From the NCBI GenBank assembly GCA_050249335.1, contig JBFWQR010000007.1:20943-84942 (forward strand): a DNA stretch of 64,000 nt, read 5' to 3'. Both the position numbers and the translations under genes were made by a program. The stretch is from Lautropia sp. GTDB taxonomy: Bacteria > Pseudomonadota > Gammaproteobacteria > Burkholderiales > Burkholderiaceae_E. The notes beneath the pieces were generated by a model. That model saw only the letters and a list, made by a program, of their open reading frames with translations, did not search any database and was not told the DNA's origin. Below, in pieces: positions 60,785 to 64,000 of this stretch (positions are counted from its first letter, which is position 1; each line of letters begins with the position of its first letter).

Positions 60785-61158
60785 ATCGGCATAGGGGCCG
60801 GCCCTCGCGGGCCGGGCCCCTTAGCGGCTGTTACGCCGCCAGCGTCGGCTGTTCGCGGCCACGGCCCCGGGCGTCCATTCGCCGTGCCTCGAGCACGGCC
60901 TCATGCGCATCGCGGCCCGGTCGGAAGCCGTGGCTGTGCTCCGAGAACGTCGGGTCGATGATGAGCTCCTGCAGCAAGGCCTGCTGGATCAGCCGATCCA
61001 CCACCGTCAGGATCCCCAGTTCGCGCTGCCCACCGTCGGGCTTCGGTATCCGGACCCGCCGCACCGGCTCGGGCCGGTAGCTGCCGTTCGGTTCTCACTT
61101 GCCGTGATCAGCTTGTGGGGAGACTCACACCCCAGGAGTGCGCCCGTGCCGGGCGCAC
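60785..61158 (-). mobile_element. Internally deleted class IIC group II intron (374 nt)
   Basis: 5' end GTGCGCCCGGCACGGGCGCA...GTGTGAGTCTCCCCACAAGCTGATCAC; RT fragment; domain VI-like AGGGG-CCCGGCCC-GCGA-GGGCCGG-CCCCTATGCCGAT 3' end; placed directly after an intrinsic terminator. Confidence 0.85.
60879..61088 (-). pseudogene. Group II intron reverse transcriptase fragment (RT1-2 region, ~70 codons)
   Basis: GSYRPEPVRRVRIPKPDGGQRELGILTVVDRLIQQALLQ..DPTFSEHSHGFRPGRDAHEAV; GIPT changed to GILT; no YADD region. Confidence 0.9.
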
Positions 61159-61184
61159 AAAGAAAACCCGGCGATCGCCGGGTT
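61159..61184 (-). terminator. Intrinsic terminator of the S10 operon
   Basis: AACCCGGCGATCGCCGGGTT hairpin followed by TTCTTT on the minus strand, ~120 nt after rpsQ. Confidence 0.85.
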
Positions 61185-61305
61185 GCTGGATCAGCGACGT
61201 CGGGCCGGTAGGCCGCATCGTCGCTTGTTGTCGTCGAGCGTCTTGTATCCGGCGTTGCCGCCGGGAGCGCTGTCGCTGTCGGTAGAGGCCGGTTGCCCGT
61301 CCGGT

Positions 61306-61605
61306 TCAGACGGACTTGTTCGCCACCAGCAGGCGCGAGACATACCACGCCTTGGTCTTGGACACCGGACGCCCTTCCTGGATCTCCACCAGATCCCCCT
61401 CGTTGTACCGTGCTTCCGTGTGCGCATGGTACTTCTTGCTGCGCGTCACGTACTTGCCGTAGACCGGATGCTTGACCTTGTGCTCGACCAGCACGGTCAC
61501 GGTCTTCTGCATCTTGTTGCTGGTGACCCGGCCGGACAAAGTCCGGGTATTGGTCTTGGGTTTGGTGCTCGACTCGGCCGTCGCCGCTGCCGTCTGCTCG
61601 GTCAT
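61306..61605 (-). CDS. rpsQ: 30S ribosomal protein S17
   Basis: [21 protein letters not shown]. Confidence 0.97.
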   Translation of the reverse strand: MTEQTAAATAESSTKPKTNTRTLSGRVTSNKMQKTVTVLVEHKVKHPVYGKYVTRSKKYHAHTEARYNEGDLVEIQEGRPVSKTKAWYVSRLLVANKSV

Positions 61606-61796
61606 TTGCTTGCCGCCTTCTCGGTCATCACGGTCTGCACCCGCGCGATGTCACGCTTCAGCCGCTTGAGCTGGGCCGTGTTGCTGTTCTGCTGGGTCGC
61701 GATCTGCATCCGCAGCGCGAAATGCGCGCGCTGCAACTCGCCGAGCTCCTTCTCGAGCCCGGCCGCGTCCTTGGTCCTCAATTCGTTCGCTTTCAT
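61602..61796 (-). CDS. rpmC: 50S ribosomal protein L29
   Basis: [16 protein letters not shown]. Confidence 0.96.
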   Translation of the reverse strand: MKANELRTKDAAGLEKELGELQRAHFALRMQIATQQNSNTAQLKRLKRDIARVQTVMTEKAASK

Positions 61797-61800
61797 GCTG

Positions 61801-62217
61801 TCATGCACCGATATGGCGGCTGACGAAGATCGTCGACAGCGGCAGCTTGGCCGCGGCCAGCGCGAACGCCTCGCGCGCCAGCGACTCGTCGACACCGTCC
61901 ATCTCGTAGAGCACCTTGCCCGGCTGGATCTCGGCGACGTAATACTCGGGGTTGCCCTTGCCGTTGCCCATCCGGACCTCGGCCGGCTTCTGCGAGATCG
62001 GCTTGTCCGGAAAGATCCGGATCCAGATCCGGCCGCCGCGCTTGATATGACGCGTCATCGCGCGCCGAGCCGCCTCGATCTGGCGCGCGGTCAGACGGCC
62101 GCGAGCGGTCGCCTTCAGGCCGAACTCGCCGAACGAAACGCTGGCACCCCGCGTCGCGAGGCCCTTGTTGCGGCCCTTCTGTTCCTTGCGGTATTTCCGC
62201 CGGGATGGTTGCAGCAT
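61801..62217 (-). CDS. rplP: 50S ribosomal protein L16
   Basis: [18 protein letters not shown]. Confidence 0.98.
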   Translation of the reverse strand: MLQPSRRKYRKEQKGRNKGLATRGASVSFGEFGLKATARGRLTARQIEAARRAMTRHIKRGGRIWIRIFPDKPISQKPAEVRMGNGKGNPEYYVAEIQPGKVLYEMDGVDESLAREAFALAAAKLPLSTIFVSRHIGA

Positions 62218-62274
62218 GACTGTCTACCTTGAATTTCGCTGTCGCCGCCGGTCGACTGCCGGCCGTCTCGCTAT

Positions 62275-63174
62275 CTAGTTCGCACCCTTGTCGCCGCCGG
62301 CATCGGCCTCGGACGTACCGGAGACCTTGCGCACGCGCTTGACGGTCGACTTGGGCGCGGCATCGGCCGGCGCCGCAGCCGCCGGAGCCGCAGCCTCGGC
62401 GCCTTCCGGCCGGCGACGCGGACCGCCGCGGCCGCCCGGCCCGCCGCCGCCCGGCCGCCCCGGGCCGCCCGGCCGCCGTGACCGGCGATCATCGCGTTCC
62501 GGCGCCGGCGCCGCATCCTTCTCGGTCGCCGCCGGCGCATCGGTCCGGCCGAGCGTGTCGCCCTTGTAGACCCAGACCTTGACGCCGATGATGCCGTAGG
62601 TGGTCCGCGCTTCCGAGGTGCCGTACTCGACGTCGGCGCGCAGCGTGTGCAGCGGTACCCGGCCTTCGCGATACCACTCGGTCCGCGCGATCTCGGCGCC
62701 GTTCAGCCGGCCGGCGCTCATGATCTTGACGCCGAGCGCGCCGAGCCGCATCGCGTTCTGCATCGCGCGCTTCATCGCGCGGCGGAACATGATCCGCTTC
62801 TCCAGCTGCTGGGTGATCGAGTCGGCGATCAGCTGCGCGTCGGTCTCGGGTTTCCTGATCTCCTCGATGTTGACGTGCACGGGCACGCCGAGCATCCGAT
62901 GGAGCTCGCCCTTGAGCCGTTCGATATCCTCGCCCTTCTTGCCGATCACGACGCCCGGCCGCGCCGAGAAGATCGTGATCCGCGCATTCTTCGCCGGCCG
63001 CTCGATCAGCACCCGGCCGACCGACGCGTTCTTCAGACGCTTCTTCAGGAACTCGCGGACCTTCAGGTCCTCGTTGAGCATCCCGGAGAAGTCCTTGTTG
63101 CCGGCGTACCAGCGCGACGCCCAGTTGCGGCTGACGGCGAGCCGGAAACCGGTCGGATGAATTTTCTGTCCCAT
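62275..63174 (-). CDS. rpsC: 30S ribosomal protein S3 with long low-complexity C-tail
   Basis: [31 protein letters not shown]. Confidence 0.98.
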   Translation of the reverse strand: MGQKIHPTGFRLAVSRNWASRWYAGNKDFSGMLNEDLKVREFLKKRLKNASVGRVLIERPAKNARITIFSARPGVVIGKKGEDIERLKGELHRMLGVPVHVNIEEIRKPETDAQLIADSITQQLEKRIMFRRAMKRAMQNAMRLGALGVKIMSAGRLNGAEIARTEWYREGRVPLHTLRADVEYGTSEARTTYGIIGVKVWVYKGDTLGRTDAPAATEKDAAPAPERDDRRSRRPGGPGRPGGGGPGGRGGPRRRPEGAEAAAPAAAAPADAAPKSTVKRVRKVSGTSEADAGGDKGAN

Positions 63175-63214
63175 GCTTGGATCGATCCTTTCAGCTTCGT
63201 CCGTTCTGGCCCGC

Positions 63215-63559
63215 TCAGGCGCGGGCGCTCTTGGTACCGACGATCAGCGTGATGTGACACGTCTGCTTCTCGATCCGGACGCCGCGACCCTTGGCGCGCG
63301 CGCCGAAGCGGCGCAGCGACGCGCCCTCGTCGACATGGATCCGGTTGACCCGCAGCTCGTCGACGTCGGCGCCTTCGTTGTGCTCGGCGTTGGCGATCGC
63401 CGACTCGAGCACCTTCTTGATGATCTTGGCGGCCTTCTTCGGCGAGAACGTCAGGATGTTCAGCGCAGCCTCGACCGGCTTGCCCCGCACCTGGTCGGCA
63501 ACCAGCCGGCCCTTCTGGGCCGAGATCCGGACGCCGCGCAGCACTGCTTGAGTTTCCAT
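63215..63559 (-). CDS. rplV: 50S ribosomal protein L22
   Basis: [20 protein letters not shown]. Confidence 0.97.
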   Translation of the reverse strand: METQAVLRGVRISAQKGRLVADQVRGKPVEAALNILTFSPKKAAKIIKKVLESAIANAEHNEGADVDELRVNRIHVDEGASLRRFGARAKGRGVRIEKQTCHITLIVGTKSARA

Positions 63560-63581
63560 CGTCTTTCCCCGCGGGCCGCGC

Positions 63582-63857
63582 TCAGCGCCTGGCCTTTCTG
63601 TCGGCAGCGTGACCCTTGAACGTGCGCGTCAGCGCGAACTCGCCGAGCTTGTGCCCGACCATGTTCTCGTTGATGAACACCGGGACATGCTGCTTGCCGT
63701 TGTGCACGGCGATGGTCAGGCCGATGAACTCGGGCAGCACCGTCGAACGCCGCGACCAGGTCTTGATCGGACGCTTGTCCTTGCCGGCCGAAGCGGACTC
63801 CACCTTGGCGAGCAGGTGGTAGTCGACGAACGGGCCCTTCTTGACTGAACGTGCCAT
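63582..63857 (-). CDS. rpsS: 30S ribosomal protein S19
   Basis: [19 protein letters not shown]. Confidence 0.98.
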   Translation of the reverse strand: MARSVKKGPFVDYHLLAKVESASAGKDKRPIKTWSRRSTVLPEFIGLTIAVHNGKQHVPVFINENMVGHKLGEFALTRTFKGHAADRKARR

Positions 63858-63872
63858 GATTGCGTGATCCGG

Positions 63873-64000
63873 TTATTTCTTCTTGCGCCGCTGCACGATC
63901 ATCGTGCTGGTGCGCTTGTTGCGACGCGTGCGATAGCCCTTGGTCGGCTTGCCCCACGGGTTGACCGGCACCCGGCCTTCGCCGGTCTTGCCCTCGCCGC
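63873..64000 (-). CDS. rplB: 50S ribosomal protein L2, C-terminal fragment (window edge)
   Basis: [29 protein letters not shown]. Confidence 0.95.
   Translation of the reverse strand, partial: GEGKTGEGRVPVNPWGKPTKGYRTRRNKRTSTMIVQRRKKK

Noticed and set aside
60785-60840. attC-like look of the hairpin next to ...CTTAGCGGCTGTTACGCC
   Set aside because: No matching inverse core on the other side and no integrase; better explained as intron domain VI.
42900-61158. Integrative element or prophage explanation for the insert
   Set aside because: No integrase, transposase, phage gene or flanking direct repeat seen.
61191-61427. 78-aa ORF overlapping the rpsQ 3' end
   Set aside because: Out-of-frame overlap with rpsQ, no motifs; treated as 3' UTR.

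Overview
GC-rich betaproteobacterial (Burkholderiales-like) chromosome segment. Left to right: (1) a TctE-like sensor kinase, TerC, USP and DUF2945; (2) a TRAP transporter / D-aminoacylase / class-III aminotransferase cluster whose first gene is joined IN FRAME to the 5' ~40% of pilQ, leaving a pilMNOPQ operon with no secretin domain (assembly chimera, deletion or true fusion); (3) backbone mrcA-cyaY-lptM-lysA; (4) a ~10 kb peptide-ABC / MlrC-like M81 peptidase / M20 carbamoylase / aminotransferase operon; (5) msrPQ, cytochrome c4, engB, hemB, corA; (6) the alpha and spc ribosomal operons; (7) an ~18 kb catabolic insert separating the spc operon from the S10 operon (DUF993 trio, LysR/ligK/Bug/ligJ, and a 12-gene GntR operon with nitroreductase, ABC importer, amidohydrolase, alpha/beta hydrolase, VOC enzyme, RidA and an orphan PDR/VanB reductase); (8) a 374-nt internally deleted class IIC group II intron sitting exactly after the S10 intrinsic terminator; (9) the distal S10 operon (rpsQ to partial rplB). 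No tRNA, rRNA, CRISPR array, integrase or transposase was recognised. Protein calls rest on motifs recognised by eye; no database searches were run.
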